A stretch of DNA of 64,000 nt from an uncultured Acidobacteriota bacterium (GCA_963805495.1 CAWDUQ010000002.1:164138-228137), one strand, 5' to 3'; positions 38,343 to 48,929 are shown, counted from the stretch's first letter. The notes: generated by a model from the sequence alone, not told the origin. Program-made: numbers and translations.

Positions 38343-39311
38343 GTGGAGCCCGCCGTTTCCGTCCTCATCGCCTCCGACCGCGTCGGGACCCTCCTGCCGG
38401 ACTGCCTCCGCTCGCTCGACGCGCAGCGCGGCGGGCCCGAGTTCGAGGCCATCGTCTGCTCGGCGACGGCCCCCGCGATCGACGGGCTCACCTTCCCGGT
38501 CCGCTGGGTCCGGGCGGACGCCCCGAATCCGGCGCGGCGGCGCAACGCGGCCGCGAGAGAAGCCCGGGGGAGCGTCCTGGCGTTCCTCGACGACGACGCC
38601 ACGGCCGAGCCGGGCTGGCTCGCCGCAGGGGCCGCCGCCTGCGGCGGGGCCGACGTCGTCGGCGGGCCCGACCCGGGGCCCCGCGACGCGCCCTACGGGG
38701 AGCGGCTCTCGAACCTGCTGCTGGCGACGCCCGGCATCGGCAGCGGAGTCCCCGCGCACGAATGGAACCCGCGCGGGGGGCCGGTGCGATCGGCGCACGA
38801 CGTCGCGCTCTGCAACCTCTTCGTGCGGCGCGACCGGTTCGAGGCATTGAAGGGATTCGACGAATCCTTCGGCTACATCGGCGAGGACACCGACTTCGTC
38901 CGCCGGGCGCTCGACGGCGGGGCGAGGGTCATCCTCGACCCCTCGGTGCGCGTCCGGCACCGGCGGCGCGCGTTTCCCGGTCCCTACCTCGCACAGCGCT
39001 GGCGGTACCGCGTGAAGACCGGGAGGATGCTCGTCGAGAGGCCCGGGCTCCACGCGCGCGGACGCGTGGCCGCGTTCCTCTCCGGGGCGTTCGCGGTCTC
39101 GGCCGGCGGAGCGATGTGGGGGACGGGATTCCTGCTTCCCGCCGCCGCCGCCTACGCGCTCCTCGCGTGGGCCCTCTCGTTCCCGATCTGGCGCCGCGAC
39201 GTCGCGCTCTTTGCGGCCGTGCCGTTCGCGTTCGCGATCCACCACGCGACGTATCTCGCGGGCCTGCTGACGGGGATCGGGCGCGGGGTCCTCGGGGCGG
39301 CGGCTCGATGA
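38343..39311 (+). CDS. Family 2 glycosyltransferase with a C-terminal membrane-spanning region
   Basis: VSVLIASDRVGTLLPDCLRSLDAQ...VLAFLDDDATAEPGWL (GT-A fold, DxD-like DDD motif). The C-terminus has 3-4 hydrophobic helices. Divergent from E1 alpha. Confidence 0.7.
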   Translation: MEPAVSVLIASDRVGTLLPDCLRSLDAQRGGPEFEAIVCSATAPAIDGLTFPVRWVRADAPNPARRRNAAAREARGSVLAFLDDDATAEPGWLAAGAAACGGADVVGGPDPGPRDAPYGERLSNLLLATPGIGSGVPAHEWNPRGGPVRSAHDVALCNLFVRRDRFEALKGFDESFGYIGEDTDFVRRALDGGARVILDPSVRVRHRRRAFPGPYLAQRWRYRVKTGRMLVERPGLHARGRVAAFLSGAFAVSAGGAMWGTGFLLPAAAAYALLAWALSFPIWRRDVALFAAVPFAFAIHHATYLAGLLTGIGRGVLGAAAR

Positions 39312-40381
39312 ACTCCCTCGAGCTGGCCGCGCACTGGCTGCGGGGGCGGGAGACGCTGCCCCGCTACCTCATCCTCGGAATGACGAACCTCTGCAACTCC
39401 AAGTGCGTGACCTGTTTCTACTGGGACCACCTGAACGTGAACCGCCACCTGGAGATGAGGCTCGAGGAGTACGACCGGGCCCTGTCGGACCTCGGGGCGC
39501 TCTACTCGGTGGTCCTGACGGGCGGGGAGCCGACGTTGAACCGCGAGCTGCCCGAGATCACGAGGCTCCTGTACCGGCGCCACGACGCGTCGAACGTGAC
39601 GATGCCGACCAACTCGATCATCCCCGAGCAGGTCGAGTCGATCGTGGCGCGGGTGCTCGAGTCGCGCCGGGACGAGCGCCAGACCTTCACCGTCGGTCTT
39701 TCGCTGGATCACCTGGGCGAGCGGCACGATTTCATCCGCGGCGCGCCCGGCAATTTCGTGAAGCTCGAGGAGACCTACCGGCGGCTCGCGGCCCTGAAGC
39801 GCCGGTCCCGGGGCTTCACGCTCAACGTGCAGACGGTCCTGGCGTCGTTCAACATGAACGAACTCGGCGAGATCACGACCTGGGTCTCGGCCAACCTGCC
39901 GGAGATCAACTTCCATTCCTTCGAGCTCCTTCGGCCGCCGTTTCCGGACCCCTCGATCCGGGCGCTCACGCCCGCCGAGTACGCCGAAGCCCTCCGGTTT
40001 CTCCGGCCCTACTGGTCGAAGTTCGGCAACTACAACCCGGTCCTGCGCAATCTCAAGGTCGGCGCCCGGACGGCCGAGCTCGAGACGCTCGAGCAGGAGC
40101 GCATGGTTTATCCCTGCTACGCGGGCACGATCTCGGGCGTCCTCAACCCCGAGGGCACGGTCTCGCTCTGCGAAGTGCAGTGGGAGATCGGCAACATCCG
40201 GGATTTCGACTACTCCTTCAAAAAGGCCTGGTTCTCGGAGAAGGCCGTCGCCATGCGGCGGCGGATTGCCAATCGTGAATGCTGGTGCACGCATTCCTGC
40301 TTCATGACGTCCTCCCTGCCGTTCTCCGTCTCCGGCGCGGCGCACCTCGTCAAGTCGGCGGTGCTTCCGGGAGCGAGATGA
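39308..40381 (+). CDS. Radical SAM enzyme with a C-terminal SPASM/twitch-like Cys-rich domain
   Basis: CNSKCVTCFYW (CxxxCxxC) and TGGEPTL. C-terminal cysteines: CYAGTISGVLNPEGTVSLCE ... CWCTHSCF. The ATG overlaps the GT2 stop (ATGA). Confidence 0.75.
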   Translation: MNSLELAAHWLRGRETLPRYLILGMTNLCNSKCVTCFYWDHLNVNRHLEMRLEEYDRALSDLGALYSVVLTGGEPTLNRELPEITRLLYRRHDASNVTMPTNSIIPEQVESIVARVLESRRDERQTFTVGLSLDHLGERHDFIRGAPGNFVKLEETYRRLAALKRRSRGFTLNVQTVLASFNMNELGEITTWVSANLPEINFHSFELLRPPFPDPSIRALTPAEYAEALRFLRPYWSKFGNYNPVLRNLKVGARTAELETLEQERMVYPCYAGTISGVLNPEGTVSLCEVQWEIGNIRDFDYSFKKAWFSEKAVAMRRRIANRECWCTHSCFMTSSLPFSVSGAAHLVKSAVLPGAR

Positions 40382-40402
40382 GGACGGCGGATCGGCGCCC
40401 GA

Positions 40403-41203
40403 CTAGGCGCGAAGGACGAGCAACCGGTCCTCGACCCGCGCGACGCCCGCGGCGCGGCGGGCGGCTTCGAGCGCCTGGGCTCTTTCGAGGTCCGTGTCGA
40501 CAACTCCCGACAGAGTGACGACTCCCCGGCGTGTCGTGACCTGGACACGGCCGCTGGGAACCGCTTCCTCGACCCTCGCGTGGACGTCGACGGAGATCGC
40601 GGCATCCTCCTCCGACATCGTCGCCGGGAAACCGGAGGCCGGGGCCGGCAGGAGCATGTCGGGCCCGGCCGCCGCCGGGGCCTCGCCGATCGAACCGTCG
40701 ACTTCGGGCGCGGGCTCGATTCCCGCGGCGGCGCGCCACTCGGCCGCCGGGGCCGGCGGGGCGAGCTCGACTTCAGCCGTTCCGGCTGGAACGAGTTCCG
40801 GCGCGCGGTCCGGAACGGCGGCCTCCCCTGCCGCCGCGGGCGCCGGCTCGAGGCGCGGGAAGGGCAGCGCGGCCCGCACGGCCCGCGGCACGACGACAGG
40901 GGCTTCGGCCGGCAGCCCGACGGGGGGCATCCGGAGGCGGTCGACGACCTGGACGACACTGGACGCCCGGCGAACGATCTCGAGGACGCGGCGGTGCGCG
41001 ACCTCGTCCGGGACTTCTCCCTCGAGAGTGACGACCCCCGCGCTCGTCGTGACGCTCAGATCGCGGGTCCGGACGATCGGATCGCTCTCCATCATCGAGA
41101 GGACGCGCTCGGTGATCGCCGCATCCCGCCGGCCGGATCCCGAACAGCCGGTGGCCATTGCCAGAAGAAGGAGGGGCAGGGGAAGAAGCGTCGCACGTTT
41201 CAT
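40403..41203 (-). CDS. Lipoprotein with two BON domains
   Basis: Lipobox [11 protein letters not shown]. Two BON-like segments: [35 protein letters not shown] and [36 protein letters not shown]. Confidence 0.65.
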   Translation of the reverse strand: MKRATLLPLPLLLLAMATGCSGSGRRDAAITERVLSMMESDPIVRTRDLSVTTSAGVVTLEGEVPDEVAHRRVLEIVRRASSVVQVVDRLRMPPVGLPAEAPVVVPRAVRAALPFPRLEPAPAAAGEAAVPDRAPELVPAGTAEVELAPPAPAAEWRAAAGIEPAPEVDGSIGEAPAAAGPDMLLPAPASGFPATMSEEDAAISVDVHARVEEAVPSGRVQVTTRRGVVTLSGVVDTDLERAQALEAARRAAGVARVEDRLLVLRA

Positions 41204-41284
41204 CGGGGTGCCTCCAGTGCCATCCGACGAGGACGCCTGGAGGGAATGCAGGAGTCGTGCCGGGGCGTGGAGCGCCCCCGGCCC

Positions 41285-41755
41285 TCAGGCCTCGATCTGC
41301 TGGGCGAGGTAGTTCGCGGCCCCGATGTCGCTGATCTGCTGGAGCTGGGCCTCGATCCAGTCGATGTGCTCCTCTTCGGAGATCAGGATCCGCTCGAAGA
41401 GGGAGCGGGACCCGTTGTCGCCCTTCTGGGTCGCGAGGTGGATGCCGGCGTTCAGGCGCTGGACCGCGTCGAGCTCGAGGCCGAGATCGACCTTCATCAT
41501 CTCGGGGACCGTCTTGCCGACGTTGATCTTCATGTACTTCTGCATGTTCGGCGACGCGTCGAAATAGAGGATCCGGTCCATGACCTCCTGAGCGTGCTTC
41601 ATCTCGCCGATCGACTCTTTCTCGGTGTGGTCCGCCAGCCGCATGTAGCGCCAGTTTCGGAGCATCCGGGCGTGGATGAAGTACTGGTTGATCGCCGTCA
41701 GCTCGGCCGACAGGACCTCCTGGAGGACCTTGAGAATCTCGGGATCACCCTTCAC
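41285..41755 (-). CDS. bfr: Bacterioferritin
   Basis: (M)[36 protein letters not shown]... The GTG start at 41755 is preceded by GGAGGT. The ORF-track entry 41285..43372 is a long GC-driven upstream extension. Confidence 0.85.
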   Translation of the reverse strand: MKGDPEILKVLQEVLSAELTAINQYFIHARMLRNWRYMRLADHTEKESIGEMKHAQEVMDRILYFDASPNMQKYMKINVGKTVPEMMKVDLGLELDAVQRLNAGIHLATQKGDNGSRSLFERILISEEEHIDWIEAQLQQISDIGAANYLAQQIEA

Positions 41756-41817
41756 GCGCACCTCCCCGATCGATGCCGGGATCTTATCCCGCGGACCGGC
41801 TCGTCGTATCATTTCGG

Positions 41818-43501
41818 AATGAGCGACAAAGACCCGCTGGTGCCCGAGGCCGTGGCGGCCGGCCGCCGGCGCTGGGCCGAGAAGTCCGGCAAGGCATTCG
41901 AGAAGGCGGCGGCCTGGAAGAAGGACTGGACCACGGTTTCGGGCGCGGCGGTCGAGCCGCTCGCGGCCCCCGATACGCAATCGGGCTTCGATTTCGAGCG
42001 GGACCTCGGATGGCCGGGGGAGCATCCGTTCACCCGAGGCGTGCAGGCGACGGGGTACCGCGGCAAGCTCTGGACCATGCGGCAGTTCGCCGGCTACGGA
42101 ACGGCAAAGCAGACTAACCAGCGGTTCCACTACCTCCTCGAGAACGGCCAGACCGGGCTCTCGACGGCCTTCCACCTGCCGACGCTCTACGGCTACGACT
42201 CGGACCACGAGATGGCTCGGGGCGAGGTCGGCAAGTGCGGCGTCGCGATCGACTCGCTCCGCGACATGGAGGTCCTGTTCGACGGCATCGACCTCGGGCG
42301 CGTCACCACGTCGATGACGATCAACTCCACGGCCCCGATCGCCCTGGCGATGTACCTCGCGGTCGCCGAGAAGCACGGGACGTCGTGGGAGAAGGTCGGC
42401 GGGACGCTCCAGAACGATATCCTCAAGGAGTACATCGCGCAGAAGGAATACATCTTTCCGCCGCGGCCGTCGATGCGGCTGGTGACGGACCAGTTCGCCT
42501 TCTGCGCGAAGCACGTTCCGAAGTGGAACACCATCTCGATCTCCGGGTACCACATCCGTGAGGCCGGTTCGACGGCCCTCCAGGAGCTCGCCTTCACGCT
42601 CCGCGACGGCGTCGAGTACGTGAAGTACGGAATCGACGCGGGCCTGCCGGTCGACGAGTTCGCGCCGCGCCTCTCCTTCTTCTTCAACTCGCACAACGAC
42701 TTCTTCGAGGAGATCGCCAAGTTCCGCGCCGCGCGCCGGATCTGGTCGAAGACCATGCGGGAACGCTTCGGCGCGAAGGACCCGCGGTCCTGGATGTGCC
42801 GTTTTCACACCCAGACGGCGGGATGTTCGCTCACGGCCCAGCAGCCGTACAACAACGTCGTGCGCACCGCCATCCAGGCGCTCGCGGGCGTGCTCGGCGG
42901 AACGAACTCCCTCCACACCAATTCGCTCGACGAGACCCTCGCGCTGCCCACGGACTTCGCCGTGAAGCTCGCCCTGCGGACGCAGCAGGTCATCGCCCAC
43001 GAGTCGGGTGTCGCGAACACGATCGATCCGCTCGGCGGGTCCTACTTCGTCGAGGACCTGACGACGAAGATGGAGCGCGGATGCTTCGACTACTTCCGCC
43101 GGATCGACGACCTCGGGGGAATGGTCGAGGCGATCGAGGCCGGTTTTCCGCAGCGCGAGATCATGGACGCGGCGTACGCCTACCAGCGGGCGGTCGACTC
43201 GAAGGAGAAGATCGTCGTCGGCGTCAACGACTTCATCGACGAGGAGGAGCACCCCCTCGAGATCCTGTACATCGACGACTCCGTCGAGGACGTGCAGAAG
43301 AAGGCCGTGGGGGAGCTTCGGCGGACGCGGGACGGCAAGGCGGTTTCGGCTGCGCTCGCCGCCCTGCGGCAAGCCTGCCGGGACGGCAAGAACGTCATGC
43401 CGCCGCTCGTCGAGGCGGTCAAGACCTACGCGACGGTGGGCGAAATCTCCGACGTCATGCGCGAGGTGTTCGCGACGTACGAGGAACCCGCGGTCTTTTG
43501 A
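41818..43501 (+). CDS. Acyl-CoA mutase large (catalytic, TIM-barrel) subunit of the methylmalonyl-CoA mutase family. It has no B12-binding domain, so this is a split-type mutase.
   Basis: MSDKDPL... then [66 protein letters not shown], a canonical MCM N-terminal substrate-binding domain. Ends ...EEPAVF at about 560 aa, with no C-terminal B12-binding Rossmann domain. Confidence 0.8.
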
Positions 43502-43736
43502 CGTCGCTCCGGCTTGCGGACGGCCTGCGCCCCTTCGGGCGCACCGGCCCGCGGCTCGCGCGGATGCGCGCTCGACCGCTGGCCTGGCCCTCCGCCGCGC
43601 CTTCGCTCCCGCGGCGCGGGGCTCCTCCCTCGGTGACTTCGGGAGACTCCCCGCGCCGCGGGCTCGAGTTCCAGTGCGGCGAGGAAAAAGTGCCCGCGGG
43701 ACGCCCCGGCCGGCGCCGTTCTACAATAGCGGGCTC

Positions 43737-44948
43737 ATGTCCGACACGCCGTTCTCGACCATCGAACAGGCCCTCGAGGACCTCCGGGCGGGAAAGTTCG
43801 TCGTCGTGGTCGACGACGAGGACCGGGAAAACGAGGGCGACCTCGTCCTCGCCGCCGAAAAGGCCTCGCCTCAGGCCATCAACTTCATGGCGCGGGAGGG
43901 GCGCGGCCTCATCTGCCTGGCCCTGACCGAGGAGCGTTGCGCGGAACTGGGGCTTCCCCCGATGGTCGAGGAGAACACGTCCAATTTCGGAACCGCGTTC
44001 ACGGTCTCGATCGAGGCACGCGGACGAACGACGACGGGCATCTCCGCGGCGGACCGGGCGGCCACGGTGCTGACGGCGATCGACCCGGCGACCCGGCCCT
44101 CCGACCTGAATCGCCCCGGCCACATGTTTCCGCTGCAGGCGCGGGTCGGCGGAGTGCTGAAGCGGGCGGGGCAGACCGAGGCATCGGTCGACCTGGCGCG
44201 CATCGCGGGCCTCAACCCGTCGGCCGTTCTCTGCGAGATCATGAACGAGGACGGCACCATGGCGCGCGTGCCTGACCTCGGGAAGTTCTGCTCGCGGCAC
44301 GGCCTCGCGATGGTGACGGTGGCCGACCTCATCCGCTACCGGCTGAAGACGGAACGGCTGGTGCACCGGATCGCGTCGCCGCACCTGCCGACGCGGATGG
44401 GCGAGTTCCAGCTGTACGCCTACCGGAGCGAGGTCACCCACGAGGAGCATCTCGCACTCGTGCACGGCGACATCGGCGAGGAGGAGCCGATCCTCGTGCG
44501 CGTCCACTCCCAGTGCCTGACGGGCGACGTCTTCGGCTCGGCCCGCTGCGATTGCGGCGAGCAGCTCGAGCTCGCCATGGAAAAGATCGTCGAAGCCGGA
44601 CGGGGCGTCTTCCTGTATCTCCTGCAGGAGGGGCGGGGGATCGGCCTCGTCAACAAGCTCAGGGCCTACGAGCTCCAGGACCAGGGCCACGACACCGTCT
44701 CGGCCAACGAGAAGCTCGGCTTCCCGCCCGACATCCGCAACTACGGGGTCGGCTGCCAGATCCTGCGCGACCTCGGTGTGCGCAGGATGCGCCTGATGAC
44801 GAACAACCCGTCCAAGTACGTGGCGATCGACGGCTTCGGCCTGGAGATCGTGGAGCGGGTCCCGCTCGAGGTCAAACCGACCGACCGCTCCCGCAAGTAC
44901 CTCGAGGCCAAGAAAAACAAGATGGGGCACCTGCTCAAGCTCGTCTAG
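43737..44948 (+). CDS. ribBA: Bifunctional 3,4-dihydroxy-2-butanone-4-phosphate synthase / GTP cyclohydrolase II
   Basis: RibB domain: [22 protein letters not shown]. RibA domain: [24 protein letters not shown]...[22 protein letters not shown]. Confidence 0.9.
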   Translation: MSDTPFSTIEQALEDLRAGKFVVVVDDEDRENEGDLVLAAEKASPQAINFMAREGRGLICLALTEERCAELGLPPMVEENTSNFGTAFTVSIEARGRTTTGISAADRAATVLTAIDPATRPSDLNRPGHMFPLQARVGGVLKRAGQTEASVDLARIAGLNPSAVLCEIMNEDGTMARVPDLGKFCSRHGLAMVTVADLIRYRLKTERLVHRIASPHLPTRMGEFQLYAYRSEVTHEEHLALVHGDIGEEEPILVRVHSQCLTGDVFGSARCDCGEQLELAMEKIVEAGRGVFLYLLQEGRGIGLVNKLRAYELQDQGHDTVSANEKLGFPPDIRNYGVGCQILRDLGVRRMRLMTNNPSKYVAIDGFGLEIVERVPLEVKPTDRSRKYLEAKKNKMGHLLKLV

Positions 44949-44979
44949 ATCCGCCGCCCCGGCGCAGCCAGGAGAACAC

Positions 44980-45819
44980 ATGACCAAGACTTTCGAGATC
45001 GTTCCGCCCTCGGGTTCCAGCCCCCGTTTCGCCCGCAACGCGATCATCGCCCTCGTCCTCTTCGTTCTGATCGTCGTCGGCGGGCCGATCACGGTCGTGC
45101 CCGCAGGCCACGTCGGGGTCAAGGACCTGTTCGGCAACGTGTCCTCGAGCGTCCTGCCGCCGGGCGTCCACCTGGTCTTCCCGTTCACGCGGGTCATCAA
45201 GATGTCGATCCAGACGCAGGAGGTCAAGGAGACGACCGAAGTGCCCTCGAAGGAAGGCCTGATGATGGACCTCGAGGGCTCGCTCCTCTTCCGGCTCGAT
45301 CCGACGAAGGCCGCCGACATCTACAAGACCGTCGGCAAGAACTACCAGGAGATCGCGGTGCATCCTCAGATGCGCTCGGCGATCCGCGAAATCACCGCCT
45401 CCTACGAGGCCAAGGCCCTCTACTCGGCCGAGCGCGAGCAGATCGCCCGTGAAACCTTCGAGCTCTTCCAGAAGATGGCAAGCGGGAGAGGGATCATCAC
45501 CGAGGCGGTGCTGCTGCGGAAGATCGGCCTGCCCCCGATCGTGGCCAACGCGATCCAGGAGAAGTTGAAGCGCGAGCAGGAGGCCGAGCAGATGAAGTTC
45601 GTCCTTCAAAAGGAGTCGCAGGAGGCCGAGAGGAAGCGCATCGAGGCCCAGGGCATTTCCGACTTCCAGAAGATCGTGGCGCAGGGCATCTCGGCGCAGC
45701 TCCTGGAGTGGAAGGGCATCGAGGCGACCGAGAAGCTGGCGTCGAGCCCCAACTCGAAGATCGTCGTCATCGGGAACTCGAAGGGCCTGCCGCTGATCCT
45801 GGGCGGCGACTCCAAGTAG
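44980..45819 (+). CDS. SPFH/Band-7 (prohibitin/HflC-like) membrane protein
   Basis: N-terminal TM helix, then the SPFH core (VVPAGHVGVKDLFGNVSS...) and a coiled-coil (KLKREQEAEQMKFVLQKESQEAERKRIEAQG). Confidence 0.7.
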   Translation: MTKTFEIVPPSGSSPRFARNAIIALVLFVLIVVGGPITVVPAGHVGVKDLFGNVSSSVLPPGVHLVFPFTRVIKMSIQTQEVKETTEVPSKEGLMMDLEGSLLFRLDPTKAADIYKTVGKNYQEIAVHPQMRSAIREITASYEAKALYSAEREQIARETFELFQKMASGRGIITEAVLLRKIGLPPIVANAIQEKLKREQEAEQMKFVLQKESQEAERKRIEAQGISDFQKIVAQGISAQLLEWKGIEATEKLASSPNSKIVVIGNSKGLPLILGGDSK

Positions 45820-45847
45820 ACGGTTCGAGGCCGCCGTGCGGATCTCC

Positions 45848-46426
45848 ATGCCCGCCGCGGTCCTCGCGGGCGGCGCCTCGCGGCGGATGGGGCGGCCGAA
45901 GGCGGCGCTGCCTTACGGGGCGACGTCGCTCCTCGCGTTCCAGACGCAGCGGCTCGCTGAGATCTTCGAGGACGTGATGATCGTCGTCAAGGAGCCGCCC
46001 GATTTCCCGGCCGGACCCGCCCGCATCGTGCGCGATGCCGTCGCGGAGCGCGCCGCGATCCACGGCCTCGTCCGCGCCCTCGAGGAGGCGGCGGACCGCG
46101 TCTTCGTCCTGGCCGTCGACCTGCCGGCTCTGCCCGCGGCTCTGATCCGCGCGATCGCGGAGCGAAGTCTTGCAAGCGACGCGGCCGCGGTGGTGCCCCG
46201 GGCGGAGGAGCGCCTCCAGCCGCTCGCGGCGGTCTGGCGCCGTGCGGCGCTGCCGATCGCGCGGGGGCGCATCGACGCGGGCGAGCTTTCCCTGAACGGG
46301 CTCGCCACGGAAGCCGGGGCCGAGATCTTCGAGGAGCCGGCGTGGAGGGAGATCGACCCCTCCGGAAACGCCTTCGAGAACCTGAACACGCTCGAGCGTT
46401 ATGCGGCGCTCCGGGAGAGGGCGTGA
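45848..46426 (+). CDS. mobA: Molybdenum cofactor guanylyltransferase
   Basis: MPAAVLAGGASRRMGRPKAALPYGATSLL... The ORF-track entry starts 12 nt earlier at 45836. Confidence 0.75.
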   Translation: MPAAVLAGGASRRMGRPKAALPYGATSLLAFQTQRLAEIFEDVMIVVKEPPDFPAGPARIVRDAVAERAAIHGLVRALEEAADRVFVLAVDLPALPAALIRAIAERSLASDAAAVVPRAEERLQPLAAVWRRAALPIARGRIDAGELSLNGLATEAGAEIFEEPAWREIDPSGNAFENLNTLERYAALRERA

Positions 46427-46959
46427 GCGACGAGAAGACCCTTCCGGGCAAGCCCCGGCGGCCCCGGGGCGGGGCGCGCCTTCGCGGCAGCGTCCTCCAC
46501 GTCGACGCCCGGGGCCGCGCGCGGATGGTCGACGTCGGCGCCAAGCGGGTGACGCGGCGGGTTGCCGTCGCGCGCGGCGTGGTCGCCGTCAACCGCACGG
46601 CCTTCGCGGCGCTCGCTTCGGGGCGTCTCGCCAAGGGAGACGCGCTCGCCGTGGCGCGCCTGGCCGGCATCCAGGCCGCCAAGCGCACCTCCGAGATCGT
46701 GCCGCTCTGCCACCCTCTCGCGCTCGAGTCGGTCGAGGTCGACGTCGTGCTCGACGCCACTCGCCGGGAAGCGGTCGTGACCGCGACCGCCCGGATCACC
46801 GGCAAGACGGGCGTCGAGATGGAGGCCCTGACCGCCGCGAGCGCGGCGTGCCTCGCCCTCTACGACATGATCAAGGCGCTCGACCGATCGGCGTCGATCC
46901 GGGAAATCGTGCTGGTCGAGAAGACCGGCGGCCGGTCCGGCGCGTACAGGCGCGCCTGA
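46423..46959 (+). CDS. moaC: Cyclic pyranopterin monophosphate synthase
   Basis: LHVDARGRARMVDVGAKRVTRRVAVARG...EIVPLCHPLAL...TGKTGVEMEALTAASAACLALYDM. The GTG start overlaps the mobA stop (GTGA). Confidence 0.8.
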   Translation: MSDEKTLPGKPRRPRGGARLRGSVLHVDARGRARMVDVGAKRVTRRVAVARGVVAVNRTAFAALASGRLAKGDALAVARLAGIQAAKRTSEIVPLCHPLALESVEVDVVLDATRREAVVTATARITGKTGVEMEALTAASAACLALYDMIKALDRSASIREIVLVEKTGGRSGAYRRA

Positions 46960-46966
46960 GCCGGCG

Positions 46967-47866
46967 GTGCGCTACCGCTATTTCCTCTGCGACGTCTTCA
47001 CGGACCGGCTGTTCGGCGGCAACCCCCTCGCCGTGCTGCCGGACGCCCGCGGACTGTCCGACCGCCTGATGCAGCAGATCGCCCGCGAGTTCAACTTCTC
47101 CGAGAGCGCCTTCGTGCTCCCGCCGGAGCAGGGCCGGACCCGGCGGGTCCGGATCTTCACGCCGACGAAGGAGGTGCCCTTCGCCGGGCACCCGAACGTC
47201 GGCACCGCCTTCGCCCTGGCGCGCGCGGGGGAGCTCGGTCCGCTCGACGGTCCGCTCGAGGTCACGTTCGAGGAAGGGGCCGGCCTGGTTCCGATCACGA
47301 TCCGGCGGCAGCCGGACGGCGCGATCGCTTGCGAGCTCGCGGCGCCTGAACCCCTGTCGCTCGGCGCGACCGTCGGTCCGGGCGCGCTCGCCTCGGCGGT
47401 GTCGCTTTCCATCGACGACATCGTCACGCGGACGCACCCGCCGCGGGTGGCTTCGGTCGGTCTGCCGTTTCTCGTGGCGGAGGTCGCGGACCGGGCGGCG
47501 CTCGAACGCGCCCGCACCCACATGCCCGGCGTCGAAGCGCTCGTGGCGGAGGGCGTGGTGCCGGACGTCCACCTGTACGTCCGGAGCGGCGACGAGTTCG
47601 ACATCCGCGCGCGCATGTTCGCGCCGCTCGACGGCGTGCCCGAAGATCCGGCGACGGGCAGCGCCAACTGCGCCCTGGCCGCGCTGCTCGGCCACTGCGA
47701 TCCGCGCGACGACGGGGACTTCGGGTGGCGCATCGCGCAGGGCGTCGAGATGGGCCGGCCGAGCATTCTCGCCGCGCGGGCGCGCAAGAAGGGCGGAACG
47801 GTGGTCGGGGCCTGGATCGGCGGGACGAGTGTCCTCGTCGGCGAGGGATGGCTCGAGATCCCGTAG
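46967..47866 (+). CDS. PhzF-family (phenazine biosynthesis-like) isomerase
   Basis: RYFLCDVFTDRLFGGNPLAVLPDARGLSDRLMQQIAREFNFSESAFVLPP...; the PhzF/DAP-epimerase-like fold. Confidence 0.75.
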   Translation: MRYRYFLCDVFTDRLFGGNPLAVLPDARGLSDRLMQQIAREFNFSESAFVLPPEQGRTRRVRIFTPTKEVPFAGHPNVGTAFALARAGELGPLDGPLEVTFEEGAGLVPITIRRQPDGAIACELAAPEPLSLGATVGPGALASAVSLSIDDIVTRTHPPRVASVGLPFLVAEVADRAALERARTHMPGVEALVAEGVVPDVHLYVRSGDEFDIRARMFAPLDGVPEDPATGSANCALAALLGHCDPRDDGDFGWRIAQGVEMGRPSILAARARKKGGTVVGAWIGGTSVLVGEGWLEIP

Positions 47867-47872
47867 CCGGGC

Positions 47873-48895
47873 TCAGCCCCCGCGCGTGTGCATCTCGAGG
47901 TGCGGGTCGCGCACGAGCTCGACCCGCGGGAGCAAGGGCGAGCGCTCGGCGAGCCGGAGACGTTCCTCCGCTCCCCGGTCCTCGCGGCGACGCCAGGTCG
48001 AGGACACGAGTTCCCGGAGATCCGCGTCGGTCGCGCCGGCCCGCAGCGGGCCGCGCAGGTCGATTCCGCGGGCGGCGTAGAGGCACAGGTACCAGTGGCC
48101 GTCCGCCGTCAGGCGACTCCGGTCGCAGGCCTGGCAGAACGGAGCGGTGGTCGAGGCGATGATGCCGAAGGCGAGACCGTCGGGCAGCCGGAACCGCTCG
48201 GCGGGCGCCGAGCCCTGCCCGGCGATCGGGGAGATCGCGCCGTAGCGCGCCGCGAGCGTCGCGAGGATCTCGGCCCGCGAGACGACGCGTTCGCGCGACC
48301 ACTGGGTCGCTCCGCCGACGTCCATGTATTCGATGAAGCGGACCTCCGCACCCCATGCGCGCCCGCGCTCGAGCAGCGCCGGGATCTCGTCGTCGTTGAC
48401 GCCGCGGATCACGACCGAGTCGAGTTTGAGCGAGCCGAATCCCGCCGCGGCGGCCGCGTCGATGCCCTCGAGGACCTGCGGGAGGTTGTCGAAGCGGGTC
48501 AGTCGCCGGAACCGCTCGGCGTCGAGCGTGTCGAGGCTGATCGTGACGCGATGGAGGCCGGCCGCCTTGAGCGCCGCCGCATGGTCGGCGAGGAGGACGC
48601 CGTTGGACGTCATCGCGATGTCGGTCAGCGCGGCCTTCCCGGCCAGGATCTCGACGAGTTCGGGAAGGTCCCGCCGGACGAGCGGCTCGCCGCCCGTGAG
48701 CCGCACCTTGTCGACCCCCAGCCCCGTAAAGACGTCCACGAGCCGGCCGATCTCCTCGAAGTGCAGCAGGTCCTGGCGCGGCAGCCAGGTGTAGTTCGGC
48801 TCGGGCATGCAGTAGGCGCACCGGAGGTTGCAGCGGTCGGTCACCGACAGCCGGAGATTCCGGAGGGGCCGGCCGAGGGAGTCGGAGATCGCCAT
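47873..48895 (-). CDS. moaA: GTP 3',8-cyclase (radical SAM)
   Basis: LRLSVTDRCNLRCAYCMPE...VRLTGGEPLVRRDL. C-terminal second cluster CQACDRSRLTADGHWYLC. Confidence 0.9.
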   Translation of the reverse strand: MAISDSLGRPLRNLRLSVTDRCNLRCAYCMPEPNYTWLPRQDLLHFEEIGRLVDVFTGLGVDKVRLTGGEPLVRRDLPELVEILAGKAALTDIAMTSNGVLLADHAAALKAAGLHRVTISLDTLDAERFRRLTRFDNLPQVLEGIDAAAAAGFGSLKLDSVVIRGVNDDEIPALLERGRAWGAEVRFIEYMDVGGATQWSRERVVSRAEILATLAARYGAISPIAGQGSAPAERFRLPDGLAFGIIASTTAPFCQACDRSRLTADGHWYLCLYAARGIDLRGPLRAGATDADLRELVSSTWRRREDRGAEERLRLAERSPLLPRVELVRDPHLEMHTRGG

Positions 48896-48929
48896 GGGAG
48901 GTCTATATTAATCGCGTGCCGGGCCCCGC

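Noticed and set aside
37532-40381. 949-aa plus-strand ORF covering E1 alpha (antisense), the GT2 region and the radical SAM gene
   Set aside because: Only the last 358 aa (39308-40381) form a recognisable protein, the radical SAM enzyme. The upstream part is antisense to E1 alpha or out of frame with the GT2 gene, and is Arg/Gly/Pro-rich garbage.
40580-43501. 973-aa plus-strand ORF preceding the acyl-CoA mutase
   Set aside because: The mutase starts at MSDKDPL (41818). The upstream 400 aa are antisense to the BON lipoprotein and bacterioferritin genes and have no domain signature.
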